Shown here: positions 12,486-25,200 of the stretch, piece after piece
Position numbering within the stretch: position 1 is the first letter of the stretch
Layout: every line of letters begins with the position of its first letter
Source: Hormiphora californensis
Lineage: Eukaryota > Animalia > Ctenophora
DNA length: 64,000 bases
Reading direction: 5' to 3'
Assembly (NCBI GenBank): GCA_020137815.1
Contig: CM035360.1
Span: 4,030,001 to 4,094,000, forward strand
Program-made: the position numbers and the translations under genes
The notes under the pieces: generated by a model
Told to the model about the DNA's origin: nothing
What the model saw: only the letters and a program-made list of their open reading frames with translations
The model's database searches: none

Positions 12486-13128
12486 TTCAGAGAGGGAGAG
12501 AGTTTTAGACAAAAAAAACAATAACTTAACAGAATAATTTGAAACTAAAAATGTTAAAAAATGTGGATATTAGCTTAAAACTTGTTAAAATTATGTGAGA
12601 TTATATTTTTAGAGAGGTAGCGTTCTATTTTCGGGTGAAAATTTTTAATGTACGCGATTTGATTTTCTTACTGCAAAAAAACTGCTGTTATGCAATGTGC
12701 TTCAAGACAATAGCTCTGCCATAGTGCTATTGTCTTCCGTTTCTGTTCATGATCCAATTGACACAGGATATGAAATCAAAGACGGGCGGTTTGCCGCTTT
12801 ATCAAATGTGGTTCACATGATTAGCTTTGGCGCCATTGTGTAGGGCGCGCTAACTTTTTCTTGTGGAAGTTGGCACTGTCAGCACGCGTTGCACGAACGC
12901 ATGCCGCGCATCTATTGTAATTCGGTGGGTGCAATGGTGCATGGCCATGGAGCGGTCATTGATCAAGTGTGCTGTTACTTTTAATTTGCTCTTATCTCGT
13001 GCTCCACCGTCGACCTCTACCCCAGCGTGTCAAGCGTGCTTCCAATTACAAAGGTACTTGAACTTATTTAGAAACGGAAACACTGTCGATTTGATTAAGA
13101 TATTTACAATCGAAGTTAAAACTTGAAA

Positions 13129-15805
13129 CTAGTTGGTAGCTTGTGTTCTGAGCTTATAACTCTTTCCGTTATTCTTGGTCCTTGGGACTTCAAATTCCCG
13201 CTCCTCAGCCATAGCTACTGTAGAAGTAGGTATGAGTCAGTTCATGTCAGTTTCTCCCTAAATTTGTGTCCGATTGATCCCAGAGTTGCTACTGTACGGC
13301 ACTTGGAACACTGCTACCTTTCGTCTAACTTTCTGAAAAGCGCATCTAGGTGATAGAATTAAGAAATGCTGGCAACAAACTGGAGTCGATTAGGGCTGCT
13401 TATCAAGGGTTGGGGTAACTATATGACCCGTTTCACTAAACTAGAACTCACGTTTATGGCTGTGTTGGCCTGCAGAACATTACAGACCCTTCGTCTGGGT
13501 ATCATCTTGAACATGTCGTTGTGCACTAGATTTATCCAGGGGTTTATCGCAGCATTCAGGGTAAACATCAACCCGAGACCTTTAGTAGAGATAATATGCA
13601 ATCATGATCAGTGAGATTAATATTCTGACTGTATAATTATCACTTATCAGATCCTGAATCGCGGGTTAAACCTTCCTTCATATAGGTACACACATGTGAA
13701 CTAACCAATAATGATGGCGTATGGATTATCTTCAGTCAGCTGGCCGCTGTTTCCTTTCAGCAGATCTATGAACTCTTGAAGGGCCACATACATGATACCC
13801 GTATAGCAAGCCAGACAGTTTAGGACAAACAGAATGGTTCGGATCATGTCCTTTCGAGATCTGTCCTCCACCTGAAGTTGCATAATATGGATTTCTCAAT
13901 TTTGAATTTGAGAGAATGAATGAATCACATTACAATTGTATGGCAGTATGGTGACGTATGATAACTTGTCGAGACTCGAGAGGTGTTAATTTACAGTGTC
14001 AACACCTGTGTCCAAAGCCCCTGCCCCTTATAATGACCCATTACTACCAGCATGGCAGTGGTGGTGACGTAGCATGCTTTTTGTAAAGCCATCGTCGTCA
14101 CTTTTCATTTGTCCAAAAACTCATGGATTCCCCCGAAATACATTGCCCAAAATTACACCCAGAAATTGGTAAATTATGAAGGAAACCACGTACCAGATTA
14201 CCGTTGGAGAAATGACAATTCTTGATCGTAAAAAGATCCTCTCTCCGTCGGAAAAGATAAACAATACGAGCTATTAGCATAGCGCTGACAAGAAGAAGAA
14301 TAGACAGGGGAATGATGACACAAATTGCGTTGTAGAGAGACAACCTGAAACATTTTGGTTAGAACACGTCATGACGCGTCATCTTTATGAAGGAGAAACA
14401 CATTTTTTATGAAGGAGCAGCGTTCCTACCATTTGATCTGTTTTGAGTCTCCCTCTCCCATGCCCTCGTAGGCACATTTTGAGACACGGTGCTTGTAGCC
14501 ACTGCCCTTGTTCAGGACGGGGAAACAACAGATAACAATGAGAGCCACCCAGAAGTGAACCAGAACTATCGCCGTGGTCTTTTTCGAGAGAAGATAATAC
14601 CTGTTCCTGTAAATATGTGTGATCGCGTATGGAATTTCTAGGAAAATAGAACTCGATTCCTATGACAATAGTGGCCACTGCAGCAGCGGGGGACCTGTAA
14701 TTGCAAACACTATCTAAATTATAAACGGGGGACCTGTTTCAAATACGTACTCTCGGGAGCGTAGAGGATTAGAGTAGAGGATTAGTTTAGTAACAGCTAG
14801 GTATGCAATACTGAACAGGATCACTGAGGATAGGATCTTTTCTGTGTTAACCAACCAATATGTACACACTGTTTTCACCTGGTGATGCAATAGAAAGGGT
14901 TACATTTTGAAGGTGCCAGATGCTTTTCTTATACTGGGGCCTGGGCATTGATTCTATTTGAAGACTGTGATCGAGATTTTCAAAATCACTGGCAGCTGGC
15001 CTAACCTTACCGATCTGCAATTGAGAGAGAGCACCCTTGTCCAAATAATAAAGCTCTAAAACCGGTGCTACTTTGTTGAGCGGAGAAAACTCACAACAAG
15101 TGCTATACTATAAGATTTTCATGAAAAGCTGCTGCTGCGTACTGTTTCAATATTTCGAAAAATCAAGAGAAAAAGTAAAGACTATCTAGAACTAGATAAA
15201 GACTATCTAGAACTAGATAGAAGAAGATAACTATTCTCCTGTTCTCAATCACCATGAACTGACCTGTTCCGGTGAAAGGTACCAGTTTGGAATGGTTCTA
15301 TCGCCTGATAGAAGGGCCGGTGCAGTGACTATCCAGGAAGTCGCCCCTGTTACCTGATAATGAAAGGGGATAATTATTAATTAATTAATGAAAGGGGATA
15401 ATTATTGGAGAGGATAGTTAAAGAGGATAATTATTAGATTATAATAGAGGATGATTAAAGGGGATAAAGTTAAAGATGATAGTTGTGTGGTAAAACTGGT
15501 GGTCTGTCAGTGCGAGAACTGTGGTCAGAGCATTGGCCTGACAGCTGGTGGTAGGGAAATATGTGAACGAGCTGTAAACAGACGCAGCTCCTTACCAGTC
15601 CTGCAAAGGCGATGTTAACATAAATCACAGTTGTAAAGTTGCTCCTTCCCCTCCAGAAAACGCGTGTCATAAGGGCAATGGCAGCACCGTTTCCCAGCAC
15701 TGCTACAACGCTACATATCACCATGGCAACGCCCAGGGCAATATCCAGCGTTGGATTGTTGTCCAGGACAGGGGTAGTCGAGTTGGAGAGATAAAAGGGA
15801 GTCAT
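13129..15805 (-). CDS. Rhodopsin-class GPCR, multi-exon (3' end uncertain)
   Basis: TM1 with GN (VAVLGNGAAI) after an N-glycosylation site, TM2 (IYVNIAFAG), TM3 (SVILFSIAYLAVTK), TM4 (VHFWVALIVICCFP), TM5 (NAICVIIPLSILL), TM6 and TM7 (LNAAINPWI), in GT-AG exons. Confidence 0.75.
15504..15544. mobile_element. 41-bp micro-MITE (CTGTCAG...CTGACAG) with 8-bp TSD CTGGTGGT; related fragments at ~19835-19895, 22110-22137, 23887-23965, 52893
   Basis: CTGGTGGT flanks both ends, the termini are inverted, and the core gtcagagcattggcctgacag recurs. Confidence 0.7.
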
Positions 15806-17179
15806 GGTTGGGGATCAACTAGTTGCGGTTAGAGTTTTAGAGGTTTATTTGAACAGTGACAAATAGTGTGGCAAGCTGCAAGGAAGGGAAACACAATGTT
15901 TAGCAACCAAACTCGAGAAAAAAACAGATCCGTGACATGCCGCGTTATAGAGCAAAGATCTGATCACACTGATCTGACGGGAGGATCATAAGCTGCTATG
16001 GGGTATCAGTATAACATATGTGATATATGAATCACTCCTCCACCTGCAGCTGACTCTCAAATCTGGACCAACTTAGAAGCAGGAAGCTGAATCTTCTCTC
16101 TCTCTATCTCTTCTCTTTCAATCTCTTCTCTCTCAATCTCTCTTTGAGAGATAACATTTCTCTCTCAATCTCTCCTTCGCTAACGGTATTCTAGCTCTGT
16201 CATATCCTATATGATGGGTCAATGCTAAATACCGGCTAGGAGGACCTGCTGCAGCTGGTGCAGGATCACCTACATGTTATAGGCCCCCCCCACTAAAGAT
16301 GGTGTGAAAACATGATGGCCACACCACTGAGATAGCGAGCCAGTCATTAGTCCAATATATAATGGCAATATATACCATAGTCGTTAGCCCTAGATAATAC
16401 CATGTGATACTCTTATTGTTCGAGATAAGAGTGGAATAATGACCAAGTACCCCTTCAGTCTTCCCTCAATTCAAGAAAAGCTGTGATTTTATTGCTGGCT
16501 GCTGCTCAATTCAATATTTTTTAGCCCTGCACCGGCTGCCACAAAAACATCATTATCAAATAATAAGCCGCTGTATTGTATAGTGCAACCTATGTTTTGA
16601 GTTTATCTGTCAGAGCATTGACTTGGCCCATTCTCATTTCAAACACTGTCTGGCGCCGCGACCCTATCTGAGCGCAGTGTCGAATCAAATTGTGGTATGG
16701 CGCCGCCATACAGTTCAAACAGCAGATCATTTCACCTAGTTTACTGTTGAGTTGACCATCGGTGCCGGAGCTCGAGGCACTGCCGAAAAAACACTGGTGT
16801 ATCGCTCTAGAGGATCTATATCCTCTATAGAATACCCTTTATAGAAATAAAACTAGATGTGATCAAAATGAGAATTGAGAAGAAAATTAAGTATGTAGTA
16901 CATACTTAATTTTCTACATAATGTACTGGACTTCCTTTCAAACAGAAGTAGGAAAAATTTCAAAAGGGCACACAATGATTGTATGTTCAAATGAGCCCTT
17001 CAAAATCACATACTCACAGATAGAGATACGTCAATTGAAGCATACCTGGATTTAATATGTGTCACTAACTATCCAAATAGACACATGCAATGCAGGTGGA
17101 GACTGGAGGGGGCCGGGGCACCAGCAGCAGCCGTAACGGTAACAATGGTGCATGGGGCAATCTCTATCCCTCGAAGAGC

Positions 17180-17722
17180 GCAGGGAGAGGGCGGAGAGGA
17201 GAGAGAAAGAGAGGAGGAAGAGGCGAGAGAGGAGAGAGGAGAGAGAGCGAGAGAGGCGACGAGGAGCAGAGAGAGCGAGAGAGAGAGAGGAGAGCGAGAG
17301 GAGGAGGGAGAGGAGGCAGAGCGCGGGGAGAGAGAGAGGGGGCAGAGCGCGAGAGAGAGAGAGAGGGAGGAGAGAGAGAGCAGGGAGCGATCGAAGAGCG
17401 GCGAGCGAGAGCGAGAGAGAGAGAGGAGAGAGAGAGGGGGGAGAGCGAGGAGAGAGGGAGGGAGGGGAGGAGAGGGAGAGGAGAGAGAGAGAGAGAGAGA
17501 GAGAGGAGGGCGAGAGAGACGAGTAGAGGAGAAGAGAGAGAGAGAGAGATAGAGAGAGAGAGAGGAGAAGAGAAGGAGAGAGAGAGAGAGCAGCGAAGTA
17601 GAGAGACGCTCTCTGTCTCTCTCTATCCCTCTATCTCTCTTCATCTCTCTCTCTCTCTATCCCTCTATCTCTCTTCATCTCTCTCTCTCTCTCTCTCTCT
17701 CTCCCGGTCTCTCTCTCTCTCA
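17180..17722. repeat. Degenerate (GA)n tract followed by (CT)n tract
   Basis: Direct inspection. Confidence 0.9.
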
Positions 17723-18269
17723 GTCCCTTCCTAGTTCCTCCCCCGGCCCCGGTCCCTCTCTTTTTCTCACCCACAAGGCCCTCTTGTGAGTGACATTTGA
17801 CGCGAGATATGACGATTATCCAAGTTCATTTATCCGTTACGCTTATAAATGAACTCAACTAATTGTGTAAAAGTTGGATTAAAAATAAGGATTGTTATTG
17901 TTAGCCGTTAGGTTAGGCAACCACGGAAAATAAATTGTTGCAAATAATAATAGGTTGCAAATAGGTAGATAGCGCTCTCCTCCTCTAAACAAAATATTGA
18001 AGCCGCTGCAGCAGCATGAATGACCGATTCTTCAGGTCTCCCAAAACGGTTCAAACACCTGCTAGGTATCATGTTTCAGTGTCTGGACTGAGGAGATAGA
18101 GAGATCATGCAACTTCAGTTGATGATTCTAACACGCCATGATCCTCTACACGTGGTGAGAGGGGATGCCGGATGGTATTCAATAATTTGGTGAGGCCAAT
18201 ACACAAGTAATGAAACGTGTTAATTTGATATCGGTGGAAAATTAATGACAGCATTTTGGGGTGACCCCC

Positions 18270-18802
18270 GGAGTACCGATTGCCCTCTGTACCAATCGGT
18301 ACAGAGCGAATCGGTACATAGGGTCTAAATAAAAGGAGGGGTTCCGACGAATTGGTGATGGGAACATCGTCGGTACACAGGGCGCCCTACTCCTCTAGCC
18401 TCCTTTTCTCCCTCTGTACCGACGATAACCCTAACGATACCAAGAGGAACAATACCCTAACCATCACCCTAACACCGAACCTAAACGATAACCAGTCTTC
18501 GTAACCAGTCTTCGTAACCAGTCTTCGTAACCAGTCTTCGTATTTGGCCTGTCGGCCAAATTCTCGAGCTCCCTCTCTATCCGTGGCGCCCCACAGTCTG
18601 TCAGTACACTGTATAGAGGGTGAAAAAGAGGGGTCAGATGCCCTCTGCTGCAGTACCTATTGTCGGTACAGAGGGCCTAAAGGAGGGGTCGGGTCCCCTG
18701 TGTACCGACGATGTTCCCATCACCAATTCGCCCGACCCCTCCTTTAGACCCTCTGTACCGATTCCCTCTGTACCGATCAGTACAGAGGGCAATCGGTACT
18801 CC
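18270..18802. mobile_element. Non-autonomous inverted-repeat element with internal CCCTAAC motifs and 4x 13-bp tandem repeat
   Basis: ~150-bp imperfect TIRs (ggagtaccgattgccctctgtacc / tacagagggcaatcggtactcc) and (taaccagtcttcg)x4 at ~18489-18540. Confidence 0.7.
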
Positions 18803-19279
18803 ACTATTCCGGGACCCGGGTATGCACCTCCCGATGGCCCCAACATGTTTTTTTCACCCGATGAACCTGCACGGTATAATACCAATACCGGCAATACCGT
18901 CCGAATTTGTGGAGATATCATATCTCGACAAAAAGAAAAACGTAGATTTAAAAAAGGGTTGCAATCAATTATTAAAATAGCTCTACAAATTCATTAAAAA
19001 GAAAGCACATTTACTGATCACTCATCACATATATCTTCTGCATTTCATAACATTAATGTCCGCTCATAAATCAACATTGCCATCAAAATCGGTGTGTATA
19101 TAATTCATCACACAACTGTACAAACAGACACTCACACACACAAACAAATCTATATTGTCTGGCGGCGCCAGACCCCGATTTGATTCTCAGTGCGCTCAGA
19201 TGGGGTCCGCGGGGCGCCAAACAGCACATCTACTAACACGTAGCCCCCTCGGGAAGCTGTGTGTTATATTAAATATTGT

Positions 19280-22200
19280 TCAATGTCTAACTGGGTTTGT
19301 CAGCAACACATTCCGCCCCTTGATACAGTACGGTATCTCAGTGTGGTATCGTACTAACTCCGACAGGTTTGTGTGGGATACCTCCCCTGGTTTTAGTAGC
19401 CCAATAGCAACCCGCCCATTTTCACGCTTACCCAATCTGAAATCGTTGAAAAATTAATAATTACCGCTGATTGTTTATTAGCTGCATAATCAGTGAGGAA
19501 GTTTAGTTTTCTCCTTCCGGCTGTACAAAATGAGTAGTCTGGTCTTATTGTAGAAAAACGCGGTAAAACCCACCGGAATTGGAGAAAACTAAACTTTCTC
19601 ACAAATGAATCACCGTATCATGATGATATTTATGTTATTTGAATATTTGAGGAAATATATATATCGGTGTTCCAAGGAAGATCTCTACAGTCTACTCACC
19701 TAGTATGTTCAAAGCGCCCGTTCGATAGAAATGTAATGACATAGGGGAAGTTTGGATCTCGGGTTGAGTTCCTTATCAGATAACAACTGGGCCGTCCCTG
19801 AAAAATTAGGATATTAGAACAGGAATCTGCACTGCCAGAGCATTGGCCTGACCCTATTCTCGCGCGAGAACTGTGGTCAGAGCATTGGCCTGGCAGAATC
19901 TGCAGCGATTAGAAAATGTAGCGGAAATATAGACTCTAAGCTATGCTGGACAGAAAGAAAGATAGAGAGAAATGAAGTATCAGAAATAGTTTGATATAGT
20001 GTACATACGTCTTTGTTTAGGAGTTCGTGTGCCTGTTCCCGATCCATGTTTTCAATATATCCGATATAGCCGGGAATAATCTGAAACAATTAAAAACAAT
20101 AATTGACTTAATTACCTCCACTAATTGACCTTCTATCACCCCATACTAACTTCACCCTTTCACTAATTGCTCCTTCTACATAATGCCCCAACTGATTAAT
20201 TACCTCTGCCTCCCCGTCCATATACATGTCCTCAGGATCCTCCTCTTCCTGATCCATGTACATGGCCTCCTCCACAATGTCGTCCTCTGGTCGGGGTGGT
20301 GGCAGGGTGGTCAGGGATGGGGCTGGTGGGGGTGGGCCACTGGGAAGGGCAGGTGGGCCACGCCGGGGCGGGGGTCCAGCCGGTTGTGATTTGATTACAA
20401 TGTCTTCGTATTCACCTATTGGTGATAATATCAAACGAATCAAAAGATCGAGATCGAATAGAGATCGAATCAAAAGTTTTGAACGATTAAAGATCGAATC
20501 GAGATCGGATCAATATTTTTTAATCATCCAAAGATCGAATCGAGATTGTTTGACAAACCCCTTTCCCCCGCGGGTGCCGTTAAATCGGGGTCCGACTGTT
20601 ATAGTACCTATTTTCGGTGTGGGTGGGCGGAGAGGAGCTCCGGGGGGTGGTGCAAGTGGTGGTCTGAAGCCTGGAGTGGGCTCTTCTGTTAGGACAGGTG
20701 GAGGGTGGTGTTGGGGTCGGTTATTGGCAGCAGCAGGAGGAGGAGGTGCTCCAAACAGTGCATTTGCTCGGTCCTTAATCGAAGATGGAGGTTTACCCGC
20801 TAGTTGTTTCTCTGAGGGGGAAGGGGGGGTTGGCACTTAAAATTTAGGAGTAGTAAATAATCGTATTTAGTTGGAGTATAAATTACAAAAATACATTTAA
20901 ATTAGCTTTTTAGGGTGCAATTAAATCAAGTTGCATGGCACATTCAGAAGTTTTATATATAATCCAGAATTTGGTTACATCCAGAAAAGAAGCCTGAAAG
21001 TGAAATTTTTAAAGAGTTTCGTGCCGGATAGTATGTTTGTTTACAAGAAAGGAGAATATCGTAGCAATATTCATGCTAGTTTGTTGCATAGTTCACAATA
21101 TACCCAAGGCTGCAGTTAAGTCAAGACTCAGTCGGCCGACACGGACGGCTCTTGGTTTTTCTGTAAAGATAGTATAGGGTGCTAAAGGGTGCTAAAGGGT
21201 GCTAAAGGGTGCTATAAAACACAGAACCAAAAATATCTGTATACAGACTTACACCAAAGCCCAAAATTTCAGGAAGTATCGGTTTCGCCATGTGATTTGG
21301 TAAACTTCTCCTAAACCATTACTTACATCATGCTTTACACTAGTACCACAATGTACCACAATGTACCACAATGTACCACATAAGTACCACACAACTTGCA
21401 GTTTTCATAGCAAGAAACGTAGTGTAACAGTACGAGATACAATAACATGTTATAACAGCTAGAAGTTTTACGTCCATATTATACTGGTGGTGTTCAAGAG
21501 ACAAGAATTGGCGAGGAACAGCTCTGTACCCATATCAAGACATGAAACACTGTCTGGCAGCGCCGACCCAAAAGACCGGGTCCGCCAGACAACAATAGCA
21601 CTGTTATATTACACACGTGGGCTAGCACATGTATCGGACGTGGTACAATACCAATGGAAGATGTACGGGTCTGAGTTTCAGAGAGAGAAAACCTGCCATG
21701 AACTGGCGGCCTTGTTGGTTTGGGGGACATATTGCCTACTGAAATAATACACGTTATATGTGTAGTGATCACTGAAACACATTCAAGGACATATCATGGC
21801 TTTGGTCTGTCTGGCGGCGCCAGACCCCCATTTGATTCTCAATTGCAGTACACTCAGATAGGGTCGCGGCGTCAGACAGGCTTTGGCAGCTTCCACAGAG
21901 ATATTTCTCTGTTTCTCTGTGTGTGTTTCGTGACACATGATAGTATCAACTATTTTCGTTACCTGGACTTGTCAGTTTATTAATATTCGCCGAACCTCCA
22001 TCAGTAGAAACGGATGTTTGGAACATTTTCAGCCTCGCTTGCAGGATACCTGACCCTAAAAGTTAATTCCACATTTTGTATTTCAATAGCTCAGTGCAAA
22101 GCGCACGAGAACTGTGGTCAGAGCATTGAACTGACAGATGCAAATTTGAATAGATATTATGAACTAGGTTGCCTTGCTCGACCCTTAATCTCTCTCCCCG

Positions 22201-25200
22201 AGCTAGGGTTTGAAAAATGCAATTGAAATGACTGATACTGGTATTATATTTGTTCTACATACCTAACGATGGCTCAGTCTCTGTTCGGCGCAACGGTTTT
22301 GGGTTGACAATGGGTGGGGGTAATGGCATTGGGTCTCTGACCTCATCATCCTGCACTGGTTCAGCAGGGGCTATCAGTCCAGGTCGATCTGGTGCTCCCT
22401 GATCTGTGGAAACATACCGGGGTTATAATCAATAACATTATTATAAAAGAGGGGAAATCCGGGGGGAGGGGGGTCGATCTGTGGAAACATACCGGGGTTA
22501 TAAAAAAGGGGAAATCCCGGGACCCGGGATTATGTAAAAGTAACAACTCATTTATATAAACAAGGCCACACACCCTTCAATGTAAAGTATAATAGTTACC
22601 AACATACATACTGATCGATACTGTGTATCAGTGATGTACACATACCCGAGTTATTGTTTTTAAACTCCCTAGAGTTTTCATACTGTATTTGTGCCAAGCC
22701 AAGCGTCAACCTCCGGGCAAGGTCTGTAAAATCTGCAGACATGTAAATTGCATAATTAATCAATTGAAGTACATTAATTAATTGAATTACATATATTCAT
22801 TAATTGAATGAATTAGTTTGTTCTATGATTGTAGAACCTTATAATTTGGTATAACCAATTACACTGTCTGTAGTTAGGGGTAATAACACCGAATATCGCC
22901 TTGACTGGGAAAAAATTTGTGTCAAGCTGATTTCTTCACTAACGTGTCCCAATGGGTCCCCTCTAGCCCTCCTGAGTTTTTTCAAACTCGGGATGGGGTG
23001 CAACATGTTCATTTCCGGGTTTACTTTGTACCTGCATTTCTAGCCTGAGGCCAAAAGCGTAACTACTCTTAGGAAAAGAGTAGAGATAAAATCGAGGGCA
23101 CTAAAGTGATCAGCGTCCTCGCATTAGTGGGGGTAGGTGCCGGAATTAAGTCTCTATCTCATCTGGTTAATTAGATAATTGGATAATTAGGTTTGCGCAT
23201 AACCGTTTTTTGGCTATATGGCTATAGCCACTTCGGAATGGTTTAGAGACTTTTCATTGGTGCCATTTTGTAGGCAATAGCCAAGTTGTGGGGGGTCGAC
23301 GTCGGACTTTCAAGCTCTATCTTCAACCGTTTAGCCGTTATTTGGCTTTTAATATGCTTAAAATCGGGCTTTTTACCGTATTTTGCTCATTTTGAGCATC
23401 TTTAAAGCCAAATAACGACTAAACGGTTGAAGATAGAGCTTAAAAGTCCGACGTCGACCCCCCACAACTTGGCTATTGCCTACAAAATGGCACCAATGAA
23501 AAGTCTCTAAACCATTCCGAAGTGGCTATAGCCATATAGCCAAAAAACGGTTATGCGCAAACCTAATTATCCAATTATCTAATTAACCAGATGAGATAGA
23601 GACTTAATTCCAGCACCTACCCCCACTAATGCGAGGACGCTGATCACTTTAGTGCCCTCGATTTTCTCTCTACTCCTTTCCTAAGAGTAGTTACGCTTTT
23701 AGCCTCAGGCTAGAAATGCAGGTACAAAGTAAACCCGGAAATGAACATGTTGCACCCCATCCCGAGTTTGAAAAAACTCAGGAGGGCTAGAGGGGACCCA
23801 TTGGGACACGTTAGTGAAGAAATCAGCTTGACACAAATTTTTTCCCAGTCACTCGACTACTGCCCCTAACTACTGCCCGTGTCTGCTGTCAGAGCATTGG
23901 CGGCTGGCGCGGCCATATTCTCATTTCTTTCAAATAACAGCGGTCAGAGCATGTTGGCCTGACGGCAGCTACATTAACATATGATTACCAATACGGGATG
24001 TATAATTAATCTATAACCAATTAACTTAATCAATTAATGATTACACTTAATTACCTCGTGTCGGTGTCGGAGTTTCCTCAGGTAGATCCTCGGGGGGAGG
24101 TGGTGGGGGTAAAGGGGTGTCTGCTGCACTGGGTACTGAAAATAATTTCAAATCAGTCAATTAATATTAAAATGTACAACCGCCATTGTCTTTGAGAGGT
24201 ACCCGATATGATGAATGATGACGAATAAAAGAATTCTGCTGCTAGTTACCTTCATTATTCATATAAAACTGATCTGCATCCTCTCCTCCCCCTCCCTCTC
24301 CTCCTCCTGGTACAAAGTTTTGATACTCATCATTCGGACCAATATCATCCCACTCTTGTTCCTGATTCATGTACATGCTCTCTGTGGACAAGACACGCGG
24401 TAAAAAACACGAAGAGGAGGGGGATTCTACACTTTTAGATCACGGCGTTTAGTCCAACCCAATCATACCGCGTGGTGTGGGCCAATAAAAAGGGAGGGTC
24501 TTAAATCTTGGATTTCTCCGGCACCTTAATTCCAATGGTTCTGAAATTTTGGCACAATCTTGTTGAGCTTATGCCAGATATGTGTACAGAGTTTCAAGTT
24601 CAAAAATGCAGAAATTCATTAATGAACCTAAATTCATGTTTTTAAGCCAATGTAGGTTTTCTCTAGTCCATATTTTTTGTTTTCCAGCAACCTCTTTTGT
24701 ACTCCACGCCAGATTTGTGATACTGGGTACAACAGAGGGCATTGGAGACCAATTGCAATCTTGCTAACAAGATGGTGTGGGCCAATAAAAAGGGAGGGTC
24801 TTAAATCTTGGATTTCTCCGGCACCTTAATTCCAATGGTTCTGAAATTTTGGCACAATCTTGTTGAGCTTATGCCAGATATGTGTACAGAGTTTCAAGTT
24901 CAAAAATGCAGAAATTCATTAATGAACCTAAATTCATGTTTTTAAGCCAATGTTTTTAAGCCAATGTAGGTTTTCTAGTCCATATTTTTTGTTTTCCAGC
25001 AACCTCTTTTGTACTCCACGCCAGATTTGTGATACTGGGTACAACAGAGGGCATTGGAGACCAATTGCAATCTTGCTAACAAGATTTTGTCACACCCTAG
25101 TTACGTTTCTTGTTGCTTGCATGGAGGTCACATGACGCTTGTTGTTACCAATCAGTATAAGCATTAGCAAGCTTTCATTAGCAAGGTTTCGATTTACTAA

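Noticed and set aside
17069-17734. ER/SL-rich ORFs (also 48494-48826, 50592-50782, 56665-57007)
   Set aside because: They are GA/CT microsatellite or poly(A) artefacts.
24473-25084. 300-bp tandem duplication as a functional feature
   Set aside because: The two copies are near-identical with small indels, so a collapsed haplotype or overlap artefact is plausible.
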